From Antedon mediterranea (lineage: Eukaryota > Animalia > Echinodermata), in NCBI RefSeq assembly GCF_964355755.1, contig NC_092678.1:11282352-11346351 (forward strand): DNA of 64,000 bases, given 5' to 3'. Positions 34,360-48,260 of this stretch are shown here, one piece after another. The notes beneath the pieces were generated by a model. The model worked only from the letters and a program-made list of their open reading frames with translations, did no database searches and was not told the origin of the DNA. Position numbers and translations under genes: made by a program. Every line of letters begins with the position of its first letter. Positions within the stretch are counted from its first letter, which is position 1.

Positions 34360-35695
34360 GTAAGACAAAGGCTACTTTTAGACTTTAGCACCTAGCTTTT
34401 GATATTGAAATCAAATGGAATAATTGAACAATTTAACAATGACAATGACATAGAATGTTTGTAAAAGCCTACAGATACATGTCTATTTGGTGCAATACCA
34501 TTCTATGGGTCTCTCAATATACTGTCTCCACCTTCTTTGATCTTTATATAGAAATTCTCACTGAAAAAAAAGATTCTAACAGTATTAAACAAAACAACTT
34601 GGCGAGGTATTCAATTTTTTTGCACAAATTTTTAAATTAAACTACACTTTCTAATTTTATTAAATAGTGTATATTAAAACAGTTTTATTAAAACGCATTT
34701 TTTTCGCAGACGAAATTAGGAAAAAACGCAGTTAATTAAGGTAGCAATATGACAGCATACATTCATTCAACCATTAGTAATAATGAGTAATAATAATAAT
34801 TCATTTCTCTAGTGAACTATGGGCTTTTATTTTGAACCTCTTTATCAACAAGACAAAAGGGCAAATGCCTGTCATTATTATGGAATAATAATTATGCATT
34901 TTGATTTAAAAATTATTTTTTAATCTGTATGATATTCATTCAATTTGTGGAATGATTTGTGGAGCTCCATTAAGACTTCTTTCTTTATTAGTTTATATTA
35001 TATGTTTAAGTATGTTTAATTGAAAGTGACTACATAAAAAAAAACAGGGAGAATATGGAAATATTTTTAAAAAAATAATTTCTAAAAAATCGGTTAGAAA
35101 ATAGTGTTTTTTATACATTACACCTTTTCAGTAACTCAGGGGTTTTTATTTACAATATATCGTAAAACTATAGTTACACTTGGCAACTGACGTGTTTTAG
35201 TCACCTTTGAATGTGTTGGTTTAATGTCTCCCCTTTGGTAAATTACAGTATAGCGAATGGCAAATCAATTTCATAACACAATTAATGCAATTTGTTTAGG
35301 CCCAAGTAATATTTCAGATAAAAATATCAGTATAAACTATAATTTACATGTAGCACTAGCAATGCATCATGATTTGGTACCTCAAATTAACATTCTAGAT
35401 GATTATAAGCTATAATACAATGTATACAATATGCAATTATTAATAATAATATTAATAATAATAATTTAGGTATTTGTATAACACCAGAATCAATTAAACC
35501 AAAGTAAAAATCAAAGGTGCTTATATTGGATGTTAAAAAGATGCGTTTTATTATTAAGTTCTTTTTTAAAAATAGCAATAGAAGTTGATTTAGTAAAATG
35601 ATGAGGGAGAGAATTCCAAAGAGAAGCAGCAGAGAACATAAAAGACCTTTGTCTATAAGATTTAGTGTTAATTTGAGGAACAAGTAGTAGGTTTT

Positions 35696-36261
35696 GGTTC
35701 AGGGACGATTCGGCCCTGAGACGATTCAGCCCGGGACTATTCGGCCCACTTTTGGTGGGACGATTCGGCCCACTTTTGGGCCGAAACATCTCACTTTAGA
35801 CCAAATTCATATTCATTTTTTGGGTATTTATCAAGTTTTTAAAGGTGTTTAACAATCCGTATTTTATTGATATTGACAATTTTGATATAATATGTATAAT
35901 AAATTACTAAAAAAACGTAATTTTTGTTCAATTTATTACTTCGAAAACCTTGTTTATTTCGTGCAATCGCCAAGCGGTCAACAGAGGGCGTAACTTGTTT
36001 ACATCGTTCGCGTGACTAAAAATTGATCATTTTCGACAATTTTTTCAAAATGTTTGCTTTATTGCATCTTTATCCCTAGTACTAGTAGTACTACCCCATA
36101 GTCTCTCTGGAAATAACATTTGGGGAAAAAGCTTATTTTGTGCTTATAAAATGCATATCAAAGCCGATAAATTTAAGTGTGCCGAATCGTCTCAGGGCCG
36201 AATCGTTCCGGGCCGAATAGTCCCGGGCCGAATCGTCTCAGGGCCGAATCGTCCCGTTACC
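35696..36261. mobile_element. Mutator-like MITE with 9-bp TSD
   Basis: TIRs GGTTCAGGGACGATTCGGCC / GGCCGAATCGTCCCGTTACC with 15-16 bp subrepeats; TSD GTAGGTTTT at 35687-35695 and 36262-36270. Confidence 0.92.
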
Positions 36262-37646
36262 GTAGGTTTTGATCAGCCGAACGAAGACAAGCAAGAGGGG
36301 TGTAAGAGGGAAGAAGATCAGCGAGATAAGTAGGTTGTTTAAGAAGTAGCGCTTTAAATGTTAGTAAAAGGATCTTATATTTTATACGGGAGTCAATAGG
36401 TAGCCAATGGAGGTTATATAAAACAGGAGATATTTGTGAGGATCTTCTAGTAACAGTTACAATGCGTGCAGCAGTGTTCTGGAGACGTTGAAGTCGATTC
36501 ACTAAAGATTTCGGTAGGGCAAAAAAAAGAGAGTTGCAATAATCAAGCCGAGAAGTGGCATTTATTAATGTAAAGGCAGTACGCTTTGACAGATACATTC
36601 GAATGCAAGCAATGTTACGTAGATGGAAGTTAGTAGTTTTTGTAACATGACTTATATGTTTGAAAGATAAAAATTCATAAAAATAAACCCCAAGATTTTT
36701 AACAAAAGGTGATGGAAAAATTGTACAGGAATTAAAAGAAATCGAGGGAATATTGAATTTTGAACGTATGTGTTTGGTGGAAAAAATGATAAATTCGGTT
36801 TTAGAATTGTTAAGCAAGAGCATGTTAGATGCTAGCCAGGAGGATATTTTTGAGAGACAACTTTCAAGTCGTTTAGTTATATCGTGAGATTCAGAAAGAT
36901 TAAAATCGACATATAGCTGTAAGTCATCAGCATATAGGTGGTAGTGTAAATTGTATTCTTTAATAATTTTAGTGAGACTGAGGAGAAATATAGAGAGAAA
37001 CAAGCAAGGGCCCAAGGATAGAACCCTGTGGAACTCCGCATTCAAGGCTCTTAGGAGCAGATCTAGTATCATTGATTTCTACGCACTGGGTCCGGCCAGT
37101 CAGATAAGATCAAAACCAATCTAAAGCACTATTAGACACTCCATAGTAATCTGAAAGACGACAAAGCAGATGAAAGGTCTAGCATAACAAGTGCAACAGC
37201 ACGCTTTCGATCCAAGGCACAGACAATATCATTATGAATTTGGGTGAGGGCAGTTTCAGTACTGTGACCAACTCTATATGCAGATTAAAATGGATTTAAA
37301 CAAATGGAATTTGTAGAGATAAGATATAAATTGATTTGAAACAATTTTCTGAAGGAGCTTTCCAAGGAAGTGAAGATTTGATATTGGTCGGAAATTTTTT
37401 AACAAATTGGAGTCAAGGGATGACTTCTTTAGAATAGGTTTCATAACGGCAGTTTTAAAGATTTCGGGAACGATGCCTGAAATAATGGATTAATTAACTA
37501 TAACTGTTAGTGGATCTAAAAATGAAGTAAGGCATGATTTGAACACATTTGTTGGAATAGGATCATTGAACAGGAGGCAGAGTATAACGAAGAGACAAAT
37601 TTCATAACAGTTGAGCATCAACAGGAGTAAAAGCAGAAAATGAACA

Positions 37647-39257
37647 ACTAGACATGAAACTCGTCACTTTGACGAGTTAGTTATCCGCACCACAAACGCC
37701 ACGTGCACGTCATACGTTGGAATATTGCACACAGAAAAAGATTATGGCATTATGATCTGAACTGAAGAATATGATATGTTTTTATTGCTGAATTCTGTTA
37801 TTTTGTGTCATATCGTATACACAGTATAATCTTATACAGTGTAGAATAGGTGAAATTACGGGACTCGCTATTTATTCCAATTTTTAACATGTTAACGGAT
37901 TCAAAATGAAACGCAAAGGTAGCAATTTTTAGAAGGAAATTATCTCAACAACAAAATATTAACGTGTAGAAGAAATTTGAATACGTGAAATATTGATGCG
38001 CGCTCTTTTAAATGTAATAAACTATGACGCAAAAGATGAAAATACAACTTTTTTAAGTCAAGTGGCCATATGATGACGTCAAAATATCCGATTGGCAAAA
38101 TGTTCACATGAATTCGTATCTGCAATCCAATAGCTTCCAGAAAATGTTTTAATCGTGAATGACAGATTAAAATTTACTGTAAAGATAAAATTAATGACCC
38201 ACATAATTTAAATTTTTAGGCACGATGACGTCATAAAAATTAAAATATTTGAAAAATAGTTGATTGACCTAGACAATATTAAAATCTCGGAGAAAAAAGA
38301 ATACAGATAAGCGTGATGCACTCCATTGAATGTGATAAGCATTAACGAAAGAGACAAAAATCCTATAATTTATATTCGGGTGGCCATACGATGACATCAC
38401 AATGTTTTTTTTAGCCTAATTGATGCATGATCCGATATCTACAACTCATCAACTTCTAGATTTTGTAATAAAAATAACAGTTCACGGTTTACTTTAGAAA
38501 CTATGACTGTTTTAAAAAAGACAGTATTTTGACGATTTTTTAAGCTTTTTCATTAAAAACGCGTGCGAATTGTCTAATTCAACGTGTTCGTATGGCGTTA
38601 TTTAAAGTGGAAAATGTCTAGATTGTTTTCAAAATTACTAGGAAAGGCTTGAAAAATATAATTCAAGAGAAAAAAACATTTTTTCATACTCCGTGTGCAC
38701 CTTACACGTAAAATTGTTTGCGCACGCGGGAATTTTTGACATGCTCAAAATGTCATGATCAGATTAGAAATTAATTTTGCGCAATTTGAAATGCGCGTGC
38801 GCGCGTAACTTCTTGTGAAACATGCCATTTTTAATCCATAGAAAGTTTGACCTTGATATAACTTAAATTTTCACCAAGTATAAAAAAAAAATTACACTTA
38901 GTTTTTAATCTATGAGCAATAATAAAAAATCATAAAATCGCGCGTAAGTCACGTTGCGCAACTCTGACGTCTTTCAAAAAAGGGGGTGCACAACTTCAGG
39001 TAAATGTCCATATGTGGTCAAAGTTATGAAATGTTATGTTTACACATTTTAGAGAAACGCGCTGCACAAAAATAGCGAGAAAGGGGGTGCACAACTTCAG
39101 GTAAATGTCCATATGTGGTCAAAGTTATGAAATGTTATGTTTACACATTTTAGAGAAACGCGCTGCACAAAAATAGCGAGAAAGAAAGAAGAATAATACA
39201 GAAAAAAATATTGATCCATACAATAACAAGGAGTTATCCGCCAAGTGCGGATAACTA
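37647..39257 (-). mobile_element. Complete Helentron-associated interspersed element (HINE/DINE-1-like)
   Basis: Minus strand: 5' subTIR+IR TAGTTATCCGCACTTGGCGGATAACT; 3' subTIR GCGGATAACT, stem-loop AACTCGTCAAAGTGACGAGTT and CTAGT end; inserted in a TT dinucleotide without TSD (L2 frame PPVNCSFSAF restored); ~101-bp internal tandem duplication at 38978-39180. Confidence 0.88.
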
Positions 39258-39409
39258 ATTAACAGGTGGATAAGTAATTGGCGGAGGTAAAGAACAGTGC
39301 GTTTTGGAAAGTTCATTTCGTATTTTAGCAATCTTATCAAAAAAAATAATAGTTAGAAAAAAATTCGATCAAATCAGGTAAATTTTCATGAGTAAGATAT
39401 GAAATTACA

Positions 39410-40060
39410 GGGTTTCGATCCAAGTCGGCCCTAAACCGTCTCGGCCAAAGTCAAGTCGGCCCCAAGTCAAGTCGGCCCCAAGTCAAGTCGGCCTCAAGTC
39501 AACTCGGCCTCACGTCAACTCGGCCAAAAAATAATCGGTCAACTCGGCCCCGTTAAAGTATGGAACGCAAAAAGTGCAAATGAAGGGGATTGATAAATAA
39601 TATTTCTTCACAATTTTTTAACTATGAATAATTCTGACTTTTAATGAATATTATATATATAATATATATTTAGCAGCCTCCCTGCGCGTTTGCCAGCTTT
39701 TTCGATATCTACAACTGCTACGTGTTTTCGCTGACCGGGGGATTCCCCTTTTTTAAAAACGCAAATCATGCACAAAAACGATGTACGATCATTTTTTCTA
39801 TGGCCAAATGGTGGAACGTAGGCCTCCGTCTTCGATTTCCTAAAATACGGTACCTGCACGTGTTTTTTGTAACACGCGGGTTCATTTTTTTATATGATAT
39901 TATATTTTTTATTTCTTCATTTTTAAAACGTGGATAGTAAGAATCGTAATAATATTAAGCACTTTTTGCGTTCCATACTTTATTGTGGCCGAGTTGACAG
40001 ATTAGTTTTTGGCCGAGTTGACGTGAGGCCGAGTTGACTTGAGGCCGAGTTGACTTGAGT
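39410..40060. mobile_element. Second, one-end-truncated copy of the MITE at 16035-16880
   Basis: Reverse-complement match, beginning GGGTTTCGATCCAAGTCGGCCCTAAACC. Confidence 0.9.
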
Positions 40061-40745
40061 TATTCCTCGGTTCATTCTATTAATATTGTTATCTTGTGCT
40101 TTTTTTCTGTTATGTTTGTCTTTGTATTTTTGAGTGAACCGAATAAAACTGAACTGAAATACCAGACGATCAAGCAATTATAACGGATTTGACACCTAAA
40201 GGATATACTTTCATTTATATTTATTGCCTTGATATTTCTTCTCTTTATCTGTTATGGGATGGCGTATTTATCATTTTAGACAGAAAAATAACAGGGACCA
40301 TAAAATCTATCACGGAGTGATAACTGAAAATGAAACCACGATCCTTAATGTTACAAATGGATGTAGAAACTTTAGTGATAATCAAATCCAGTAGTTAGCC
40401 TTATTGTGAGTTGGAAAGTATATATGTTGAATTAGGTTATAATCGTTAAAAACGTCTTTTAATTTGCTAGCAAATGGGTCTTGATCATTCGTTAAGTGAG
40501 CATTAAAGTCTCCTAGGAATATTGTTGTACAATTCAAACTCAAGTTGTCATCTAGCGAAGAAGAAAATTTCTCAAAAAAACCATCCGATTTGGCTGATGA
40601 CGGACGATAAATAGAAATAATCCGCAAATTAAGTGATTTCGACAAAATTTCACAGAATTCGTACGAACAACTATGTTGTTCGACAGGTTTAAAACCAAGT
40701 TCTGATTTGAATAAAACACCAACACCTCCACCTCGTCTACCCTGT

Positions 40746-42750
40746 GGTCTTTCCAACATGCAAGGATAACCTATTATCTGCCAGACATTCGTAACATGAC
40801 GATATGTTTTTACTTAGAACCTCTTCGATTACCTTTGGATCAGAGTGAGAAAATGTAATGGCACTATCATCAGCATATTGGCGTAAAGTACACAGTGAAT
40901 TAATACTAATTGCCATTATCATTAATATATACCAAAAAAAGCAGTGGCCCCAAAATCCGTCCTTGTGGGACACCATGCGTAATGTCTTCAATAGAAGATT
41001 TTTTGCGGTTGATTTCAACATACTGTTTCCTTCCGGAAAGGTATGAGGAAAACCAGTCTGTTTTGTTGACACCTATTGCAGAAAACTTTCCATTAAGTAT
41101 AGCGTGGTCAACCGAATCGAACGCCTTGCGTATCTAACACCACCATACCAGTGTAAAGACCTCTAGATGTGTTCTCTTTTATACAATCAATAAGGTCAAT
41201 TAAACAAGTGTCGGTAGAGTGACCAGCGCGATATCCAGATTGATTAACGTTAAGAAGGTTGTTGTCGTTCAAGTATCTTTTAAATTGAACTTTTGAAACA
41301 ATATTTAAAACGCTGACAGGCCGGTAATTATTTACATCAAGACGGTTCCCTTTCTTATAAAGGGGCTTTACCCTGGCAATTTTGAATTCTTCCGGATAAA
41401 TGTTAGAAGTAATTGAAAGGTTAATGATGTGTTTGATTGGCCCAGTTATTTGAGTAACGGCGTCTTTTAAAAATCGTGCTGATATAGCGTCAAAACCTAT
41501 TCCCTTGTTAGGATTAAGACTTTGCAGTTCCTTCTCAACGAATTCATCATCAACCATGGCAAGAACAAATTTAGAGGGGGCTGTCTTTGTGATGATCTAT
41601 CTTACTGACGGATAATGTCAAATTGATGTATAAAATCAATATTGTTATATTTTGGAGGACGGTACACACAACCAAGAACAATTGATTTTGATTTAGGCTG
41701 AAATATTTCTATCCATGCAGCTTCAAGTTCATCACAGTTCAGTTGATCCGATTCCTTGAAGGCGAGATCACTTTTAATGTAGATGCAAACACCACCAAAT
41801 GTGTTTTCTCTTCTGTCTCTGTGTATTATGGAGTAGTTGTTGATGCTGATTTCTCTGTCAGTGACTGAGTTGTTTAGACGATTCTGTAACGCAGAAAACT
41901 GATGGGTAGCATTTTTTGACGAGTTCACGAATTTCCGAAAGTTTAGGGATAAGAGATCTGACATTCAGGTGTTCTGACATTTCAGACCCTTTCGTTCCAA
42001 ACTTTTAAAATCGATTCCATTTTCAGTATCGTCAAAGTTTTTAACATTGTCCTCTAATTTAAAACCTTGGTCCGGTTTAGTTAATTCAAAAACGTCAAAT
42101 CCTGGTAATTTTGCAAATAGGCATTTGGAACATGTCCAATATTTGAAATTATTTTGTAACCTGCCTACCTTGTAAGTCTTCGGCGATATTTGTCCACATT
42201 TAACGTGGCAGGCTATCGTGCAATCATTGCATTGAACAGAATGGTGATTTTTGGCCACAGCTTTTCACAAATGCTACAAGGATTTTTTACTGGCCCTGGA
42301 TTTGTATGTATATCACCAGAGAGTAACAGCGTATTAAATGTGGCATCCGCATTTCTTTAATATGTACAAGGACAGCCAAACTTTCTCCTGATCCTTCTCG
42401 CCGTATAAGAAATGAATAACGTGACCTTTCTTGTAGATCTGGTAGTAGAGAATATCTACAACCGGTAGCGTTAGTGATATAGCATATAGCATATTTGTCC
42501 GATGATTTATTTATATACCGGTAGTTGTTGGATTGTAGTATGAGTAGGCCTAGTATATATAGACACACGCCTAGTAAGGTTGATTTGAACATTTCTGGCA
42601 ACAAAATATTCAACACTGTCTTAATAATACGTTCAGCACACGATTTCTTCCGATGGTATCCGGCGCCCCGTACTTTGGAAAGCGTAACCTAATACAGTCG
42701 GTTGCCTTATTTGGCCGTGTCCATGTTTGGACTGCGTAGCGAAAAGCCTG
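40746..42750 (-). mobile_element. Internally deleted CR1-group LINE (5' region, PHD finger, endonuclease and RT fragments)
   Basis: VQCNDCTIACHVKC...WTCSKC (PHD), HRDRRENTFGGVCIY...VYRPP, NYRPVSVL, QSGYRAGHSTDTCL, QYADDSAI. Confidence 0.88.
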
Positions 42751-43231
42751 TGATCGTAGCTGCTATAGGCCTTGCTACAAATTCTGGTTAAACTTACGGG
42801 ATCGCAAAAATACGAAGTGTTCTAGTGTACCTGTGTTGACTAACTATCAGGATATTTGATAAAGAATAATTGTATCCACTGGAAATGCGTATATTTAGGC
42901 CAATATTTAGTAATTCTTTCCGAGAATTTCAAATCTAACCACCACTCAATAGCGCCACCTAAGACATTTTTTATATTTTTTTTTTTCAAGAAAAAAAAAA
43001 ATGTGTAGGCACTTTTATCTCTATGGAGACTGATCTCTGGTATTCCACTTGGTACATTTATTTTTCTCATTAACCTGTCCCCAGTTTTTCTGGTTTTTTT
43101 TTTTGTGTGTGTTTTGGATTTGTACTTATCTCACTTTCTTCCCAAATGAACCCCTGTAACGAAACATTTCCTAACCAAGATCGATTAAATAATTTAATCT
43201 TCAACCCATACGCAGACTATGATAAACATGT

Positions 43232-45006
43232 CAGGCCCGTATCCAGGGGGGGTGCGTTGGGTGCAGACGCACCCCCCCAAGTCCCAAAAGGTCCACTATT
43301 TCCTCGGTTGGTATTTTTTCTTGTCTTGTTTAACTAAAGACAATATCATTATATATATACAAAATTTACATTATCAATGGTATACAAACAAAAATATGCT
43401 AATATAAAATGAAAAAATACCGGTAATTAAATTACGGAATCTGAACTGACTACAAACTCGATGTAAAACATGCGCAGTCGATCATGTGACGACAAGCAAT
43501 AGCTTAGCGCTTCATGTACGCGGTACGCGGTAAAGTGTTTGCTGGAGAAATACAGACAACTTAAAGTCAGGGAACACGTGTACTTTTTGTCGGGGAATAT
43601 AATATACAGTAAAAAGCGTTCGCGTTCACTTAGTAGCTAGCTTCAGCGCCTAGAAAACCGCGACGTTTCATTGACCGTGAGAGTACGTCAGAGTGATATT
43701 ATGCACTTTATATGCATTCATTATTGCCAGCGATCTAACTTACTACTAAACAATAGCTAGGTACGCACTTGTCTGGCGGTATCCCTTTGTACGAATCGTT
43801 CAACGTTGGGTCGAGACGCGTGATATCAAGTTTCATCCAGGGACCAAAATGTGTAATGTGTTATTTTCCAGGCGAAGTTTACCGACGGTTACGTCGTGTA
43901 CTGCGTCGACGTACGCTACACTACAGCAAAAACGAATTATGTTAATTGTTCGTTTGTTCACCAATTTTTTAATTTACAAGTAACCTTCTGTACCGTGGGG
44001 CACCTAAAATCAATTTTTCATCCATTACTAAACAAAAAAACATGCCATTTTCGCTTAGCCAACATTATAGCTATAGTTATTACATTTTCAATATCCTGTA
44101 TGTCATGAATTTCTCACCACTCGGAAGTCCAGATGGTACGCATGCATACACCCTGGGAGGAATAAACTTTTTTCCCCGACTGAAAAAGGTCTACGCTTGC
44201 GTTTTTTAAGCCTCTAGGCCTGATGTTTCCAAAGTATAAAATGCAATTTTTTGAAGACCTGCAGCTCTAGTTTTAAACATTTTCTTAGCTCAGCCCCAAC
44301 AATAAAGCTGGTCATATTTCGAAGAACAAGAAGTACATTTTCCGGGACCTAACATCTCTATTTTTCAAACATTTCTTAGCTCAGTCACAACCCATGATAG
44401 GGACTTATATATTTTTTTTCATGTTTTGAAGTATAATAAGTCCAATTTCCGGGACCTCCAACTCTATTTTTCAAAATTTTCTTTGAACTTTTATTTTTTA
44501 AATTGAAAAATATGGATTGAAACCGTCATCGCGCATCGTTTTTTTGCACGCAGTATTTTATTTATGCATTATAAAAAATGGAAAAAATGGCTACCCTAAA
44601 TCTGATTAAAAAGACCTCAAATGACGCTAGAACGCGTTGCTTCCGGGGGCTTCGCCCCCTGGACCCCCACCGGGGGCCCTTGGTGGCCCCCAGCCTAGTG
44701 ATGCTCGCTTCGCTCGCATAGCCCCCTCGTCGGGGAATGTAGCCCCCGCGTCGGGAAGATCCTGGCGCCACCCCTGCTGAGTTGGCCTCATCATGAAAGC
44801 GTTAAGTTCTGGTGTCCATCGTTCAACTAGCCCAAGCCACAACAGAGAGTCTTACATCAGTCTTTAGAACGTCAAATAACGCAAATTTTTCCAGGGCCTT
44901 CGGCCCCTGGACCCTGACCGGGGGCCCTTGGCGGCCCCCTGGCCCCCCAGCCATTGTTGCTCGCTTCGCTCGCACCCCCCCATTATAAATGCTGCATACG
45001 GGCCTG
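43232..45006. mobile_element. hAT-like non-autonomous element with 5-bp TSD (hAT5-like), containing a fragment of the 29368 family
   Basis: TIRs CAGGCCCGTAT / ATACGGGCCTG; TSD CATGT; removal restores the LINE frame DKHVHDFDPD. Confidence 0.9.
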
Positions 45007-46253
45007 CATGTTCATGACTTTGACCCTGATACCAATTTTTTCTCTTCCTCTATCCAGCTCAATTGTAAGTACTATCAACCTGACCAACTAACCCACTTAA
45101 TTGGAGAGCTCAGTAACATGAAACACTTTTCGTCCTTGCATATTAATTCTAGAAGTTTACTTCATAACATTGATTCTTTCAAATTATTTTTAACCAATGT
45201 AAATTATGATTTCGATATAATTGCAGTCTCGGAAACCTGGTTGAAAGATGATAATCCATTAACCAATATCTCCAGTTATTCTTTCATTTCAAAAAACAGA
45301 CTAGGGCGGGCTGGTGGAGGTGTAGGGCTGTATGTTCGAAATAACAATGTGTTCAAAGAGAGAACTGATCTTTTCCTAGACCCCTCCCTATGCGACTCCC
45401 TTTTTATTGAACTTGAAATTGAATCCAATCAAAACATTATTGTTGGTGTAATCTATAGGGCACCATCTCTTGATACGAATGCTTTTTTTGACGCTTTTGA
45501 TCTCCTGTTAAATAATTTAGCAAAAACCAACAACAAAATTTACTTATTAGGTGATTTTAACATTGACCTACTTAAACATCAGTCCGATAATCAATCCAAC
45601 AATTTTGTTAAAATTCTGTCTTTAGTAATTTTCTTTTACCCTTAATCAATAGACCAACTCGTATTACCCGAACGTCAGCAACATTAATTGACAACATATT
45701 ATCTAATCAAATTGAATCATCAAGTCTATGTGGACTTTTCTATAGTGACATTAGTGCATGATCATTTGCCCATTTTTAACATTACACCCTTTACTTATCA
45801 AATATACCAAACCGTCCCAAAAACTATGTAAGCCCTATTCATACCTACAGAAAATTTAACAAAACAAATATTTCAAACATAAAAAACGATTTGTCAAACA
45901 TGAATTGGACTGGTGTTTATGGTACGGATGATCCTAATATTGCTTTACTTTCATTTGAAACTGAATTTAAATGACTGTATGATAAACATTTTCCAATTCA
46001 AGAGCAGTCTGCAGGTAAAAAAAAATAAAGACCTGGATGGCGAATGAACTCTTAAATTCAATATAGCATAAACAAAAACTGTATTCCAAATCCCCCCGCT
46101 ATCCGAATGACAAAAACATAAATGAATATAAGCAATTCCGTAACTCCCTTAACTCTTTAATAAAATTAACAAAACGCGATTATTATGAAAAAAAGTTTAA
46201 GCAGCAGAAAGATAATATCAAAGGAACATGGACAATTATAAATAGTCTAATAA

Positions 46254-48260
46254 TAGGTATCCCAATGAAAAAATTCAGATTAATTTTTTTACATTTTCTT
46301 TCAGTTAACCACAAAGAACTTAATGTAATTAGCATTTTGCGATTTAAATGATTGAAATCCGATTACCCGTTCTAAAGTTATGGTTATTTAAAGTGGTAAA
46401 AAAATATACGATTTTTTGCCTAAAAATGGTGTTTTTTGCAGTTGAAATTGGAAGCATTTTTAAAAGGTTATAACTTTTACAATAATTAGTTAAAAGTTTT
46501 GAATTTTGTTAAACCTATAGATATCACAGAGTTGTACAACTCTATTTTTTTTGGAGCCTCAACGAAACTTATTTTTTAAATTATTGGTCCGCAAAGTGGT
46601 AGGAAAGCATTTAACGCCCATTTTTGCTGGAATTCCCTAAAAAATGAAAAAACTGCTATTTTTCAATGATCTGTAACTTTTGAACTACTGTACTAATTCA
46701 TTTAATTTTTTTTGTACTTGTTAGAATGTAGTGTATATTTCATTAATAAATATATTTTAGATGTGTATATGAAAAAAAATTTTTTTAATGGTGAAATTTA
46801 AAATTATAAAAAGAAAAAATGAAAAAGTATGTTAAAAACGGTGTGTACTGTTTCCTTTCTTTTACACTAATTTTCGGTAAGTATAATTATTAGAATATTT
46901 TAATATACTTTATATTTATAATTTCAATCATAAATACTATTATATATAACTTTTGAATACGTAAAACAAGATTTTAGGCCCATATGATTATGACACCAAA
47001 TCTAAGCCGGGCTGCTAAGTAAGATATGCTCTTTTAAGGCAAACGCACAATATGGGTCAAAATAAACTCATTTAAAATAATCAATGTTAATTAAAACAAT
47101 TAATTGTTTACCTGAATAGTATATATAACATTATAAAAATTGTTTTCTTTTCGTATTATTACGTTATTAAATTGAAATACGGAGCTAAAGTTTAGGCCAA
47201 GTCACGGCTTACTCGCGATCAGTAGTCGCTCCGTTAAAGTATTTCGGTCGCAGTTAATGACTTTCGGCCGCCGTCTACAGAGTCAAATGTTGGTAAATTA
47301 GCTTAATAAATTTCCTCGGTACATTTTAACCTAACGCATTTGCATTGTATACTTGCATAATAAATCTTCCGCACATTACATCAATTTTAAGTTGTTAAAT
47401 TAATGTGTAAAACCAGATATTCTACGACGGAAAAGGACATGTCAATCTCCGACATCGCTGCTGTCACACATCTCGCGTCGAGCCGGTCGAACTCGAGCGA
47501 GGAAAACTAAACAACGTGTTCAAAATATGGAACGTACCATTCGCTGATAGGGTGCATTAATGTATTTAACGGAAAACGCCACAACAAACACGCGCGTATT
47601 TTAGAGTACAATATTTTACTCACTACAATATTCACCGGATTATAATGGTTGGATCTTTAAAATTTTGAACGGGATTTACGCCTCATGCACCATTTTAAAA
47701 TGTAGTTCGCTCAATTACCATGCACAATACGTTTGTAAACTATGTTTTATCGATTTCAATGTAGATTTAGCTAAAATTTAATACCAAAATCCATAATATT
47801 TTTCCATAAACGGTGAATCAAAATTGGATTTTTGTCACAAAAATTGACTTTTCGTTACGAAAAACCTATTTATAGAAGACGATTTTCGTATCAAATTAAA
47901 GCTTATTTAAAGCCTGATAACATACAACAAAAATTAATCCGCTAGCTCCAATGGTAATCGTGCGATCGTGTTTTGAAAACTGATGGGGATTTTCCGATGA
48001 GGTTTTCAACGCGCGGAAATCGGCTCGACGGGATTTTAGAACCGTTTTAAAATCGCATTTTCTCGGCAACTAATTCATTAATTTTAATTATAAACACACT
48101 TATACATAGATTAAAACAAGTACTTTCAAACAATATAAATTTTGTAAGTATTAATTAAGATTGAATACGATTTATTTAACATCAAAGTCATACTACTTTT
48201 TCGAATTTCGTCAATATTTCAAAAGTGATACCCCTCTGTGCGCTTTCATTGGGATACCTA
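46254..48260. mobile_element. 2.0-kb non-autonomous TAG-terminal element with 7-bp TSD (hATw/hATm-like)
   Basis: 17-bp TIR TAGGTATCCCAATGAAA; TSD CTAATAA; removal restores the LINE frame INSLIKTNESK. Confidence 0.9.

Larger units (their letters stand above)
35455..40745 (-). mobile_element. Decayed L2-clade LINE split by three later insertions
   Basis: Endonuclease GRRGGGVGVLFK...IYRP...LGDFNAH (40382-40745); RT HLYADDLQLY, KTEFIIF, SRLDYCNSL, LQNTAAR, LHWLPIDSRIKYK; 3' end GTTATACAAATACC followed by (TTA)n tail at ~35455. Confidence 0.93.
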
